Assembly (NCBI GenBank): GCA_029258835.1
Contig: JAPDJY010000039.1
Coordinates: forward strand, 32,001 to 96,000
Direction of reading: 5' to 3'
Origin: Thermoproteota archaeon
Lineage (GTDB): Archaea > Asgardarchaeota > Jordiarchaeia > Jordiarchaeales > Freyrarchaeaceae
DNA: 64,000 bases
Shown here: one piece after another, positions 41,458-51,958 of the stretch
Position numbering within the stretch: the first letter of the stretch is position 1
Layout: every line of letters starts with the position of its first letter
Made by a program: the position numbers and the translations under genes
Notes under the pieces: generated by a model
Database searches by the model: none
Told to the model about the DNA's origin: nothing
Seen by the model: the letters and a program-made list of their open reading frames with translations, nothing else

Positions 41458-41942
41458 TTCCACCTTATATTGAAGCTTTTGGGTTATTGGAATACGGATA
41501 TATCCCTTCTAAGGTTATTCTCATCTTTAAGGGTTTGATATTTACATCTGGTTTTAATATTTACCACCCTTCCTATTTCCTGAAAACGTTTATTGACGAA
41601 AAATAGACTATTAGTTAGAGGAAAGACGAAAATATGGCTTCCGAAGGAAGAGAAACTAGCTGAAAATAAAAAATCTCTTGTTTTGCGAAACGTTTATTAC
41701 AACTAAGATAATCATAAAACACAGTTTACATTCGAATAAAAATCGTCTTTTAGCCCCAAAACGGGTTAAACCGGATTAAAAGGCATTCTTACAAAAGCAC
41801 ATTTTGTATATCTGGGATGGGAACTTGATAAATGCCATCATAAAAATTCGGGGAAAAACGTTTCTCCTAGGTGAAATGGTACCAATTTGCCATGTTTTTA
41901 GGGAAAAATATGCATAGCAGTAGCAGAAGGGAGAGATGGTTG

Positions 41943-43844
41943 ATGGTTCAAGATACGCTTGAAGAACTTAAACAAGTAATTCTTGGCATAGTACCTAAAT
42001 CAGCAGGTGTCACGAACATAGAGCTAGAGGGACCCGAAATTGCTGTTTACCTAAGGAACCCGAATGTTCTAGTTGAAGATACTGAGATTGTTAAAGCGAT
42101 AGCTAGAAAAGTTAGAAAACGTATAGTTGTGAGGTCCGATCCTTCTGTTAGGCTTCCTCCAGAAGAAGCTGAAAAAATAATTAGAGAGAGGGTGGTTGAA
42201 GAGGCAGGCATCACAGGGATCTCGTTTGATAATAATTTAGGTGAGGTGATAATAGAGGCAAAGAAGCCGGGGTTAGTGATAGGGAAAAACGGGGTAACAT
42301 TAAGGGAAATAACACGTGCCACCCGTTGGAGGCCTGTAGTAATTAGAACGCCGCCTATCTCATCTAAAATGGTTGAGAGGGTAAGAGGGGTACTTCAAGC
42401 AGAAAAGGAGAAGAGGATGGAATTTTTAAGGAATGTTGGAAGGAGGATACACCGTCCATTAGTTTTCAAAAATGGATGGTTAAGAATCGTTACTTTGGGA
42501 GGGTTTAGGGAGGTAGGACGAACAGCAATTCTAGTTCAAACCCCTGAAAGTTCAATTTTGGTAGATTGCGGAGTTAACGTTGGAGGAGGAGGTGGAGCAT
42601 TTCCATATCTTGACCTTCCAGAGTTTGATATAGAGAACCTTGATGCAGTAGTAGTTACTCATGCTCACTTAGATCATAGTGGCTTTGTTCCATTCCTTTT
42701 TAAATACGGATATGATGGGCCGGTTTACTGCACAACACCAACAAGAAATTTAATGACGCTGCTTCAACTTGATTATCTTGAAGTGGCGGAAAGAGAGGGG
42801 AAGATAACACCGTACAGTCAGAAAGACGTTAAAAAGGCGGTTATTCACACGATACCGCTGGAATACGGTGAAGTAACAGATATAGCGCCTGACGTACGGT
42901 TAACGTTACATAATGCAGGGCATATACTAGGGTCGGCTATAGTTCATCTTCACATTGGAGATGGATTACATAATATTGCTTATACTGGAGATTTTAAGTT
43001 TTCTAAAACACGGCTCTTAGAGCCAGCATGTAATACTTTCCCACGGCTTGAGACAATGATAATAGAAAGCACTTATGGTGGGCCAGAAGACATCATGCCA
43101 TCTAGAAAAAACGCTGAGAGGGCATTAGTTTCAGCTATAAATGAAACTTTAAGGAGGGGTGGAAGGGTTTTAATCCCTGTTTTAGGCGTTGGAAGGGCGC
43201 AGGAGTTGATGCTAGTTATTGAAGAACATATGCGAAGGGGAATAATAAAAGAAGTGCCGGTATATATTGATGGGATGATAAGCGAGGCAACCGCGATACA
43301 CACAACGCATCCAGAATATCTTTCTCGGGAGCTTAGAGAAAGAATATTCCATCACGGCAGTAATCCGTTTTTAGCTGCATGTTTCCAAACCGTTAAGAGG
43401 GAAGCAAGATTGGACATCGTTGAAGGGGATCCATGTATAATTATGGCGACCTCAGGTATGCTTAGTGGAGGGCCAAGCGTGGAGTACTTTAGGCTTATGG
43501 CTCCGGATCCGAAGAATAGCATGCTTTTCGTAACGTATCAGGTTGAGGGAACGCTGGGAAGGAGGATACAGAAGGGATGGAGAGAAGTCCCGATGAGAAC
43601 GCCTGATGGACGAACGGAAATAGTTCCAGTAAAAATGGAGGTAAGAACTATAGAGGGATTTTCAGGACATAGTGATAGAAGACAAATAATTAACTATTTA
43701 AGGACGCTAAATTCAAAACTTGAAAGAGTAATAACATGCCATGGTGAAGGAGGAAAATGTATGAATATGGCGACACTTATCCATAAGACGCTTAACGTAG
43801 AAACACGGGCTCCACAGAACCTTGAAACTATAAGGCTAAGGTAA
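41943..43844 (+). CDS. Beta-CASP ribonuclease aCPSF1 (FttA, transcription termination factor)
   Basis: N-terminal KH domains, 'HAHLDH', 'AGHILG', 'ESTYG', 'FSGHSD'. Confidence 0.95.
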   Translation: MVQDTLEELKQVILGIVPKSAGVTNIELEGPEIAVYLRNPNVLVEDTEIVKAIARKVRKRIVVRSDPSVRLPPEEAEKIIRERVVEEAGITGISFDNNLGEVIIEAKKPGLVIGKNGVTLREITRATRWRPVVIRTPPISSKMVERVRGVLQAEKEKRMEFLRNVGRRIHRPLVFKNGWLRIVTLGGFREVGRTAILVQTPESSILVDCGVNVGGGGGAFPYLDLPEFDIENLDAVVVTHAHLDHSGFVPFLFKYGYDGPVYCTTPTRNLMTLLQLDYLEVAEREGKITPYSQKDVKKAVIHTIPLEYGEVTDIAPDVRLTLHNAGHILGSAIVHLHIGDGLHNIAYTGDFKFSKTRLLEPACNTFPRLETMIIESTYGGPEDIMPSRKNAERALVSAINETLRRGGRVLIPVLGVGRAQELMLVIEEHMRRGIIKEVPVYIDGMISEATAIHTTHPEYLSRELRERIFHHGSNPFLAACFQTVKREARLDIVEGDPCIIMATSGMLSGGPSVEYFRLMAPDPKNSMLFVTYQVEGTLGRRIQKGWREVPMRTPDGRTEIVPVKMEVRTIEGFSGHSDRRQIINYLRTLNSKLERVITCHGEGGKCMNMATLIHKTLNVETRAPQNLETIRLR

Positions 43845-43859
43845 AAGGAGCGGCTAAAG

Positions 43860-45026
43860 TTGAGCCACGCCTCTTCTATTTTTAAGGATGAAACTACCTT
43901 CTTTCACGAATATGTTCCTCCTACACTTCCTCACAGAGAAAAACAACTAGAGCGACTCATGAGATTCTTTAAGCCGCTCTTTACGGATAAATTTGTTAGC
44001 GTTAACATCGCAATAATTGGACAGGCAGGGGTTGGAAAAACCGCTGTAGCTAAGCTTTTCGGTAAACAGCTAATCGAGGAAGCGAAGAAGAGAAACGCTA
44101 AGATTTTATTTGAGTACATGTACTGTAGTGCCGCAAGGACATTATCAGCAGTGTTGAGGCAGGTAATATCTAAAAACTGGAGGAAAATTCCTATTACAGG
44201 GATAACCGGAAGCGAATTGATAGTTGAACTGAATGAGAGGCTTAATAAAGAAGATAAACGGTTGGTTTTAGTTCTTGATGAAGCAAAGTTGTTAGGTGGC
44301 GAGGAAATCCACGGACTTATAAGAAGTGCAGAGTTTTTTGGGTATGGAAAAGCTAGAATAAGTACAATAGTAATAAGCAGGCCTGAAGACTGGGTTGCTT
44401 ACCTGCAATCAGACCTCTCTGAAGACGTACATATAGTAATAGAGCTTCCAAGGTATTCGGAGGAAGAGCTAAGAGATATTTTAAGATATAGAGCGAAAAT
44501 AGGCTTTTATGATGGTGTTGTGAGTTCGGAAATATGCGACATGGTCGCGAGGATAGCAAGTGAAACAGGAAACGCGAGGCATGGCATAGAAATATTATAC
44601 CATGCAGGGCTCATAGCCGAAAAAAGCGATGAAAAAAGGATTACACCAGAGATGATACGTATAGCGAAAAACGAAGTTTACCCTGAAACGTCCCCTGAAA
44701 TTCTCAGGGGGCTTCACGCACATGAACTTTTAACGCTTTTAGCAGTTGCCATAACACTGAAGGAGGAATTAACAGCACCTATAGGAAGGGTATACGAAGA
44801 ATACAAGGTCATATGTGAAGAGTACGGAGCGAAACCACGCACGACAAGAAACTTCAAGAACTATCTTAGAGTTCTATCGGACATTCAAATAATTAACACA
44901 GTGGTCAAGAACTTAAAGAGGGGAAGGCGAACAATTGTAACCTTAACCGAAATACCGGCGTCGATACTTGAAGAGAGGGTTAGAAAGCTTCTCGAAGAAA
45001 AAAGGCCTGTAGAAATAAGGGATTAA
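43860..45026 (+). CDS. cdc6: Orc1/Cdc6 family AAA+ replication initiator
   Basis: 'YVPPTLPHRE', Walker A 'GQAGVGKT', Walker B 'LVLDE', 'GNAR', C-terminal wHTH. Confidence 0.9.
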   Translation: MSHASSIFKDETTFFHEYVPPTLPHREKQLERLMRFFKPLFTDKFVSVNIAIIGQAGVGKTAVAKLFGKQLIEEAKKRNAKILFEYMYCSAARTLSAVLRQVISKNWRKIPITGITGSELIVELNERLNKEDKRLVLVLDEAKLLGGEEIHGLIRSAEFFGYGKARISTIVISRPEDWVAYLQSDLSEDVHIVIELPRYSEEELRDILRYRAKIGFYDGVVSSEICDMVARIASETGNARHGIEILYHAGLIAEKSDEKRITPEMIRIAKNEVYPETSPEILRGLHAHELLTLLAVAITLKEELTAPIGRVYEEYKVICEEYGAKPRTTRNFKNYLRVLSDIQIINTVVKNLKRGRRTIVTLTEIPASILEERVRKLLEEKRPVEIRD

Positions 45027-45042
45027 GAAAGGGAGAGAAAAT

Positions 45043-46128
45043 TTGCGAATACTTGAAGAAAACGTAGAAAAAGGAGAGATAACTGTACAGGTGGAAAACC
45101 ACACAGACTTATGGCACTTATACAACGTAATATGTAGAGGGGATAAAATATATGCACGCACGTATAGAAGAATACGCAGAGAAAACGTTGACTCGAGGCC
45201 AGATAAGGGAGAGAGAATCCCGGTTTACTTGGAATTAGAGGTAGAAGAAGTGGAATTTCACCGTTATTCGGATAGGCTCAGGGTTAAAGGAAAAATAATC
45301 AGTGCACCTAAGGAGGTTCCGAAGGGAGGATACCATACTATAAACATTGAAATTGGAATGAAATTGAGAATTACTAAGGAAAAATGGCCTTCTTACATGC
45401 TTAAAAGGATAAGAGAGGCCGTCCATAAGGATGCCCAGGAAAACGTTTTAGTTGTCGCTGTCGAGGAGGGAGAAGCATCTATAGCGCTCGTTAATAAACA
45501 CTCTTTAAGACATCTTATGAAAATAAGTGAAAGCATCCCAGGGAAAAGGTCGGGTGGGGAGAGAGATGCGGCGCTAAAAACTTTTTATGCTAAAGTTACT
45601 AAGGCAATTATGCAGTTTGCAGAGCAGTTTAAACCAGTAAGTATAGTAATTGCAGGACCAGGGTTCGCTAAGGAGCACCTTAAAAAGTATATAAGTAGCA
45701 AGAAGTGGGAGCCGAATGACAAAATTGTTCTTGAATCAGCAAGTTATGGAAATATAAATGGAATATACGAGATCGTCAAGAAAGGTGTTATAGCGAAAAT
45801 CTTCAGAAAGAGCAGGGTTATACGGGAAATAGAAGCAGTTAATGAGCTGCTAGCCCAATTAGCGAAAAACCCCAAAATGGTAACATACGGGGAGGAACAA
45901 GTAAAAAAGGCTGTCCTTTACGGCGCAGTAAAAAAGCTTTTAATTGCAAGCAAAAAAATAAGAGAGGCTACGCTGGAGGAAAGGAGAGAAATAGAGAAAA
46001 TGATAAAAACAGCAGAGGAAATGAGAGCAGAAATTTTAATCGTTGATGAAGAGCATATGTCAGGACAGCAATTATTTAGCTTAGGCGGAGTAGCGGCACT
46101 GTTAAGATACCCATTCGATGATTCCTGA
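45043..46128 (+). CDS. pelA: mRNA surveillance protein pelota
   Basis: 'DLWHLYNVI', 'YHTINI', 'IPGKR', 'AGPGFAKE', 'LGGVAALLRY'. Confidence 0.95.
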   Translation: MRILEENVEKGEITVQVENHTDLWHLYNVICRGDKIYARTYRRIRRENVDSRPDKGERIPVYLELEVEEVEFHRYSDRLRVKGKIISAPKEVPKGGYHTINIEIGMKLRITKEKWPSYMLKRIREAVHKDAQENVLVVAVEEGEASIALVNKHSLRHLMKISESIPGKRSGGERDAALKTFYAKVTKAIMQFAEQFKPVSIVIAGPGFAKEHLKKYISSKKWEPNDKIVLESASYGNINGIYEIVKKGVIAKIFRKSRVIREIEAVNELLAQLAKNPKMVTYGEEQVKKAVLYGAVKKLLIASKKIREATLEERREIEKMIKTAEEMRAEILIVDEEHMSGQQLFSLGGVAALLRYPFDDS

Positions 46129-46138
46129 AAAAGAATAG

Positions 46139-46936
46139 TTAGGTAAGAGTCTTTAAAATGAAATTTTGTATAGACCTTATTTCATTAACTGCAGGTGACT
46201 GTGGTGCATAATCGATTAAAGCCACATTCTTTAAGTCGGCCTCTATAACTTTTTTATCATACGGGATCCATCCGGCAGCATTAATCTCAAGCTCATTAGC
46301 TGCACGCTCTAAGAAAAGCTTTTCATCATCATTTGCGATTTTATTCCCTACTAAAAACACGTTTTTCACGCCAAGCCCCAATGCTAACTTCTTTATTCTT
46401 TTAGCTAAATCTACGGACCTCGCGCCGGGTTCGACCACAATTAACATTGCATCCACATTTTTAGCGGTTCCTCTTCCAAGGTGCTCTACTCCAGCCTCCA
46501 TGTCTAGTATAACTACTTCATCTCGTCGTAGGATCATGTGAGAAATCAAAGCTCTTACCAGGGCGTTACTTGGACACAAGCAACCACCGCCAGGATTAAC
46601 CACAGTTCCGGCTACGAGCAATTTAACGCCATCAGGTCCAATAATCTTAAATCTGTCTGGGAGATCCGAAACCTTTGGATTTAATATAAAGACGCTGCCT
46701 ATTGAACCTGGTTTGGCACCCGTACGTTCTTCGATTAAGTCGTTCATCTCTGAAATTGGAGTTATTCTAGATGCAACTTCTTTAGGAATACCTAAGGACG
46801 AGTACAAGTTCATACTTGGATCTACGTCTATTGCAAAAACGTCGAAACCTTTCTTTGCGAGGAGGCGGGCTAATGTTCCAGCTATCGTCGTCTTACCAAC
46901 GCCGCCCTTACCAACAACCGCCATTTTAAAGCCCAA
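46139..46936 (-). CDS. CooC/AcsF-type nickel-insertion ATPase
   Basis: 'GKGGVGKT', 'GCLCP', 'DMEAGVEHLGRGT'. Confidence 0.88.
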   Translation of the reverse strand: MGFKMAVVGKGGVGKTTIAGTLARLLAKKGFDVFAIDVDPSMNLYSSLGIPKEVASRITPISEMNDLIEERTGAKPGSIGSVFILNPKVSDLPDRFKIIGPDGVKLLVAGTVVNPGGGCLCPSNALVRALISHMILRRDEVVILDMEAGVEHLGRGTAKNVDAMLIVVEPGARSVDLAKRIKKLALGLGVKNVFLVGNKIANDDEKLFLERAANELEINAAGWIPYDKKVIEADLKNVALIDYAPQSPAVNEIRSIQNFILKTLT

Positions 46937-46962
46937 CAGGAAGCACCTCTTAAGAGGTAAGG

Positions 46963-48426
46963 CTAGCCCTTCACTACTCCAATAGGGCGCAACTTGGCTA
47001 CCAGCGAGGCAATCCCAACCTTGTGGGAGACCTCGGCTACTACGTCTACATCTTTATATGCCTCAGGTGCTTCTTCGCTTACTACTACCATGCTGGCGGC
47101 TTGAACAAGAATTCCTGATTTTTGAAGGTCATCCTTAACCTTCTCTCCCCAAAACTTTTTCTTCGCCCCAGCTCTGCTAAGCCGTCTACCAGCACCATGA
47201 GCGGTCGAGCCAAAGCTCAGTTCCATAGACTCTTTCCTACCTCTCAACACATAGCTGGCAGTCCCCATGGTTCCAGGAATAAGAACAGGTTGACCTATAT
47301 CTCTGTATTTTTGAGGGACTGCAGGGTGTCCTGGAGGAAACGCCCTAGTGGCACCTTTCCTATGGACACAAACAGTTTTTTCTGTACCGTCTACACGGTG
47401 CCGTTCAAACTTAGCGATATTATGGGCCACATCATAGACAAGGTGAATTCCAAGATCCTCCGGGGATGAATTAAAGACCTTGCCAAAGGACTCACGTACC
47501 CAATGCATTATGCATTGCCTATTTGCCCACGCGAAATTAGCGGCAGAAGCCATTGCCGCTAGGTAGTCCTCACCTTCTCTACTTTTACCTGGAACTGCTG
47601 CCAGCTCTCTATCAGGAAGGGAGATGCCATATTTTCTTACAGCATGCTCCATAACTTTTAAGTAATCAGAACAAACTTGATGGCCAAGACCTCTAGATCC
47701 CGTATGGATCATAATTGTAACTTGCCCTTCAAACAGCCCTAAGCATTTCGCTGCTTCACCGTCATAAATACGCTCAACGTATTGTATTTCTAAGAAGTGA
47801 TTGCCACTACCTAAAGTGCCAAGTTGCGGTGCACCTCTACTTTTCGCTTTAGAGGAAACCTTGCCTGCATCTGCCCCTTTAAGACATCCTTCCTCCTCAC
47901 AATAAAACTTATCTTCATCCCAACCGAAGCCTTGATCAACTGCCCAGCTTACGCCGGATTCTAACACTTCATCCAGTTCAGAATGAGATATTCGAATTTT
48001 ACCTTCAGACCCTACTCCGCTAGGTACTTCCTTAAATAGGACGCTTAAAAGGCCTTTGAGTTTAGGAGTAACATCGTCTTTTAAAAGATCCGTTCTAAGA
48101 AGACGCACACCACAGTTAATATCGTATCCTACGCCGCCGGGAGACACTACGCCGCCCTCTTCGAAATCGATGGCGGCAACGCCCCCTATTGGAAAGCCAT
48201 ACCCTTGATGAGCATCAGGTAAAGCGATCGAATGCTTTTGGATTCCAGGGAGGCATGCAACGTTCATGGCTTGAATAAGTGTTTGGTCCTTTTTCATACC
48301 TTCTAGCAACATTTCATTTGCAAAAACTTTAGTAGGTACGCGCATACACTTCTTAGTACCTTTTGGTATCTCCCAAATGAAATTACTTACCTTCTTTAGA
48401 GGAATATTCGCGCTCAAGAACCTCAT
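46963..48426 (-). CDS. rtcB: RNA-splicing ligase RtcB
   Basis: 'PDAHQGYGFPIGG', 'GYDINCG', 'LGSGNHFLE', 'HRKGAT', 'HGAGR'. Confidence 0.97.
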   Translation of the reverse strand: MRFLSANIPLKKVSNFIWEIPKGTKKCMRVPTKVFANEMLLEGMKKDQTLIQAMNVACLPGIQKHSIALPDAHQGYGFPIGGVAAIDFEEGGVVSPGGVGYDINCGVRLLRTDLLKDDVTPKLKGLLSVLFKEVPSGVGSEGKIRISHSELDEVLESGVSWAVDQGFGWDEDKFYCEEEGCLKGADAGKVSSKAKSRGAPQLGTLGSGNHFLEIQYVERIYDGEAAKCLGLFEGQVTIMIHTGSRGLGHQVCSDYLKVMEHAVRKYGISLPDRELAAVPGKSREGEDYLAAMASAANFAWANRQCIMHWVRESFGKVFNSSPEDLGIHLVYDVAHNIAKFERHRVDGTEKTVCVHRKGATRAFPPGHPAVPQKYRDIGQPVLIPGTMGTASYVLRGRKESMELSFGSTAHGAGRRLSRAGAKKKFWGEKVKDDLQKSGILVQAASMVVVSEEAPEAYKDVDVVAEVSHKVGIASLVAKLRPIGVVKG

Positions 48427-48544
48427 CCTCCTATGGTTTTTAAAAGTCTAAATAAAATCCCAGTCATCATGAAAAGTGATATTCACGGCCTTGTGGATGG
48501 GTATGGAAAAGAGACTAATAAAACTTTACGTCTCAATAAAATTC

Positions 48545-48883
48545 TCAGTAAATCCTCCATGTGTGCTTACACACTGTACAGCGGAGAAACGTCGTTGAGC
48601 CCTCATCGGCTCTTCTGGTCTGAACTTGCCAATAATAAGCTGTATCGTTTCCGCATTTAGGGCACCTTGCCTTTACCGTTGGCATTACCCGGATCTCCTT
48701 AGTTTCATCTATAACTAGCGTTTTCTCTCTTGGTGAGTGGTTTATTTCTTTTTTCACAATAAATTTACTACGCTTTGTCCTATCTATTACTTCTTGATAG
48801 CCGCAGTTTTTACAAGTCAACTTAACTTGTCCTTCCTCTTTTAGGGGATGCAACAGTGTACCACACTTAGGACAGAAATTCAA
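48545..48883 (-). CDS. tfs: Transcription factor S (TFS/RpoM)
   Basis: Two Zn ribbons; 'QTRRADEG' acidic hairpin. Confidence 0.93.
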   Translation of the reverse strand: MNFCPKCGTLLHPLKEEGQVKLTCKNCGYQEVIDRTKRSKFIVKKEINHSPREKTLVIDETKEIRVMPTVKARCPKCGNDTAYYWQVQTRRADEGSTTFLRCTVCKHTWRIY

Positions 48884-49337
48884 GAAGCAGCCTCCTTTTA
48901 GCCTTGTTTTGTAGATCTTCAGAGGGATTGAATTTTAAGTTTTCCATCCTATCTTTAATGCAGTAAAGAATGGTTTTTAGTAGCGTTGAGAACGCCAATA
49001 TGGCATGTTCGAGATTCTTTTGGTGAGTACAGTTTGCACTAAGGAAGGTGGCTACGTGCTTGGCAGCTTCCTTTATTTCTATTACTCCTGTAAGCCAAGC
49101 ATATGCTATTAGGGCTTCTGCTGCGTCACTTAAACTATGAGTGTTTTGCCTTGATGGAAGATGAGAACGGAGACCTGACGATTTTAGTGCTGAAGAAAGA
49201 ACGAAACCGGGTACCTTTGTAGTTTTAACTTTTCCAGTTGCCATCAACAATGCCAGACTGTAAATTAAATTTGCTACCCCATCTCCTACTTTTGCAAGTT
49301 GCTTGTTTGTAAGTATGTCCCTAAGAGTGCTCGCCGT
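48867..49337 (-). CDS. Archaeal ribonuclease III-like family protein
   Basis: In-frame 'NKQLAKVGDGVANLIYSLA' upstream of the called ORF and 'DAAEALIAYAW'; start probably ACG 49337 after GGGGAGG. Confidence 0.75.
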   Translation of the reverse strand, partial: TASTLRDILTNKQLAKVGDGVANLIYSLALLMATGKVKTTKVPGFVLSSALKSSGLRSHLPSRQNTHSLSDAAEALIAYAWLTGVIEIKEAAKHVATFLSANCTHQKNLEHAILAFSTLLKTILYCIKDRMENLKFNPSEDLQNKAKRRLLLEFLS

Positions 49338-49353
49338 TGTCTTCCTCCCCCCA

Positions 49354-49647
49354 TCAAGACTTTCTGAAATCTTCTACAGCTTTAGAGAAATGTTCTTTAA
49401 ATTCATTAAGCAAAGATTTGAGGCGAACCACTGTATCTGTCATTACCTCTTTGGGAGAAACGTTGCCATTCGTTGAAATGTAGAGATGTGGCTCTGAAAG
49501 AAGAGGGTGCTCAATTTTATATCCCGCAAATACTACGTCCTTATTTTTTAAAAGAGCTTTTTTTAGAAGGTTGCAGAGGGTGTGATCCTCCCCTTTTATT
49601 TCTAATTCTAAATGATTTTCATCTTGCTTTAATATTTTAACGTTCAT
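49354..49647 (-). CDS. rpoL: RNA polymerase subunit Rpo11 (L)
   Basis: 'GEDHTLCNLL', 'AGYKIEHPL'. Confidence 0.95.
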   Translation of the reverse strand: MNVKILKQDENHLELEIKGEDHTLCNLLKKALLKNKDVVFAGYKIEHPLLSEPHLYISTNGNVSPKEVMTDTVVRLKSLLNEFKEHFSKAVEDFRKS

Positions 49648-49658
49648 TTTTAGTCCTC

Positions 49659-50234
49659 CTAAATTTTTGTTTTTCCGTAATCTACTGAGATCTTCCGTTT
49701 TTCTTCGTTTCCACAATTATGGCAAATAAGAGATTTTTCATTTTTTGGAATCAACATTGTGCCGCATTTAGAGCAGAAAGCGTGTACCACGCCGAACTTT
49801 TTGCCGATCGTTGACAGTTGAATAAGGTCTCCTCTCCTATCTATCACTTTCGCTTTAACTATATCCCCTGTTTTAAAAGCGTCTGTAGGTTTAACTACGA
49901 ACTCGTTACTTATTTGGGAAACATGTATTACACCTGAACAGGGTGACGAAAGAAAGCGGCCTCCAATTCTTGCCACACTAACTATGCTTAAAGCCTTACC
50001 AGTCTTAACGATCATCCCTAAGGCAACATCGCCCTTTTTAGGAAAAGGAGGGGCTTCAACTGGTACAACTCTTACCCGCCTCTCCATTTTATCAATTAAA
50101 ACCATTCCTGCATTTGCAGCATAAACCTCTCCCTTTTCTTCATATGTCCCCTCATTAGGGGTGAACTCTTCTATGACTCCCAACCAGTCACCTGGTAAAA
50201 CAAAGCTCCCAGTTTTAGGCTTTGGTTTGACCAT
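49659..50234 (-). CDS. csl4: Exosome RNA-binding protein Csl4
   Basis: 'VLPGD..IEEF', S1 domain 'GDIVKAKV', Zn ribbon 'CSKC..C..C..E.RK'. Confidence 0.93.
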   Translation of the reverse strand: MVKPKPKTGSFVLPGDWLGVIEEFTPNEGTYEEKGEVYAANAGMVLIDKMERRVRVVPVEAPPFPKKGDVALGMIVKTGKALSIVSVARIGGRFLSSPCSGVIHVSQISNEFVVKPTDAFKTGDIVKAKVIDRRGDLIQLSTIGKKFGVVHAFCSKCGTMLIPKNEKSLICHNCGNEEKRKISVDYGKTKI

Positions 50235-50269
50235 TCTTAACCACCTCTTTTTTACACTGTTTTTCTCTT

Positions 50270-50926
50270 TCAAGAAGATTCTGTCTGTGAACCTATTTTT
50301 AGTATTCTGTAAACGTCTACATCTACAATGTGTACTTTTTTCGTATGAAATTCAAACATGAAGGGTATAGGTAACTTAACAGTAATAATTTGGTCGATAC
50401 GACCACCATTTTCTTCTATGAAATCTTTGATAAACCTTCTGACTTTAAAGTTTGCCTTGTGAATAGAGTAGATCACTCTAGCTACTTCAAGTGCTTTCTT
50501 TAGAAAGAACCTGTCACTAAAACGTTTCTGAACTCCGAAGGGGGGATTTTGAATTACAGTGTCAGCATAACCCTTTAAATTTTTCAAATCCATTGAGATC
50601 CATTCAACCCTGTCTTCAACACCAGCCCTTTCAGCGTTAAGCTTTGCTATTTTTAACACCGTTGGGTCTATGTCTATGCCGACGACCCGTTTTGCACCAA
50701 GAATGGCGGCACCTATTGCAAGCTTACCATTTCCACAACCTAAATCGTAAACGACTTTTCCTTCAATATCATTAAACACGTATGCAGCCATAAAAATAAG
50801 GGTAGCAGCAACCCTGTTAGGAGTAGAGTACTGTTCTAACTCGACTTTCGGGCAAGGATTTTCTTCAAGATTTTCAAAGATCAACTCAAGGTTTTTTCTC
50901 TTTACTTTCATTTTGAGTTCCATCAC
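50270..50926 (-). CDS. METTL5-family RNA methyltransferase
   Basis: 'LEQYSTP', 'DLGCGNG', 'QNPPFG', 'YSIHK'. Confidence 0.9.
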   Translation of the reverse strand: MMELKMKVKRKNLELIFENLEENPCPKVELEQYSTPNRVAATLIFMAAYVFNDIEGKVVYDLGCGNGKLAIGAAILGAKRVVGIDIDPTVLKIAKLNAERAGVEDRVEWISMDLKNLKGYADTVIQNPPFGVQKRFSDRFFLKKALEVARVIYSIHKANFKVRRFIKDFIEENGGRIDQIITVKLPIPFMFEFHTKKVHIVDVDVYRILKIGSQTESS

Positions 50927-50950
50927 TTTAACTTCCCTTTAAAACTCTGC

Positions 50951-51958
50951 TTAGGAGGAAAAATCAACTGAGGGATAAAGATCTTCCCATCGTTTCCTTC
51001 CAAGCACTACTTCTAATTCTTCAGGAGTTAAGATGGGTATGCTGAAGCGGCATGCATCCTCGATGGCTATTCTTGGACACGCGGTTACAACCAAGGCTTC
51101 AACGCTGCTGAAATTTAAAATATGGTCTGGTGTGACGTCACGCATAGCAAGCATGTATGCGCTTTTACCTGCGTCAAGAAGAATATTTCTTACGTATTTG
51201 GCTAGTTCTAAGCGTTTTTGTCCGGGTTTCATGCTGACGATTACTCCAAAGTTTTTAGCATGCTTAGCTTGAGATATATGTGCATAGCGTTCAAGCAATA
51301 ACTTTTTCACGATGGGGGCCACATCATGAACACTGCCTGTGTACGGGTCAAACGAGAAGACCCGCTTACCAGTAAACATGGATATGCCGACTGCATGAAA
51401 AAATCCGCCTCCTATAAACAAAACGGTGTCAACATTCGGTGATGTAACGTTCGAGAAATCGCACCCTAAAACTTGCCCGGGATAGGGAGCTCTCCTACTT
51501 TTCCTTTCTAAGACGACTTTAACACCTTTCTCCTCTAGAAGCTTTCTTAGGAGAGGTAGTTCCCAAGAGTGTTGGACAGTAGACGCCAGGATTAACGCCT
51601 TTATACCTAATTCCTCGACAGCTCTAACAACATCTTGCATGACACTTTTAGTATATTTAGCTTCGATAAACAAGGTAGGAACTTTTGTTTTAATAGGCCA
51701 GGGAGCATGACCGAAATGGACGAGAACGTCTGCACCTAAGCTCTTCGCTTCAGAATCAGCTAAGTCGCATGCACCCCAGCAAGGATCAGCAGATATTATA
51801 ATAGACGCCCCTGTCTTTTCCTCTAGAAAGGACGCTACCTTGAATGCGTAACGTAGCAGTCCTTCAGGGAACTGTAAGAGAGCGCATTTTACATTTCTTA
51901 ACTTGAGTTCGGAGGCAAGTTTTACGAGTTCCAGGTCAAAGTCGTCGGTGTCTATCAT
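50951..51958 (-). CDS. dph2: Diphthamide biosynthesis enzyme Dph2
   Basis: 'LQFPEG', 'GACD', 'HFGH', 'QVLGC', 'ACPRI'. Confidence 0.94.
   Translation of the reverse strand: MIDTDDFDLELVKLASELKLRNVKCALLQFPEGLLRYAFKVASFLEEKTGASIIISADPCWGACDLADSEAKSLGADVLVHFGHAPWPIKTKVPTLFIEAKYTKSVMQDVVRAVEELGIKALILASTVQHSWELPLLRKLLEEKGVKVVLERKSRRAPYPGQVLGCDFSNVTSPNVDTVLFIGGGFFHAVGISMFTGKRVFSFDPYTGSVHDVAPIVKKLLLERYAHISQAKHAKNFGVIVSMKPGQKRLELAKYVRNILLDAGKSAYMLAMRDVTPDHILNFSSVEALVVTACPRIAIEDACRFSIPILTPEELEVVLGRKRWEDLYPSVDFSS

Noticed and set aside
41470-41940. Replication origin near cdc6; repeated AAACGTTT
   Set aside because: No ORB-like repeats with G-strings were recognised; the repeats fit BRE-TATA promoter elements of the divergent genes.
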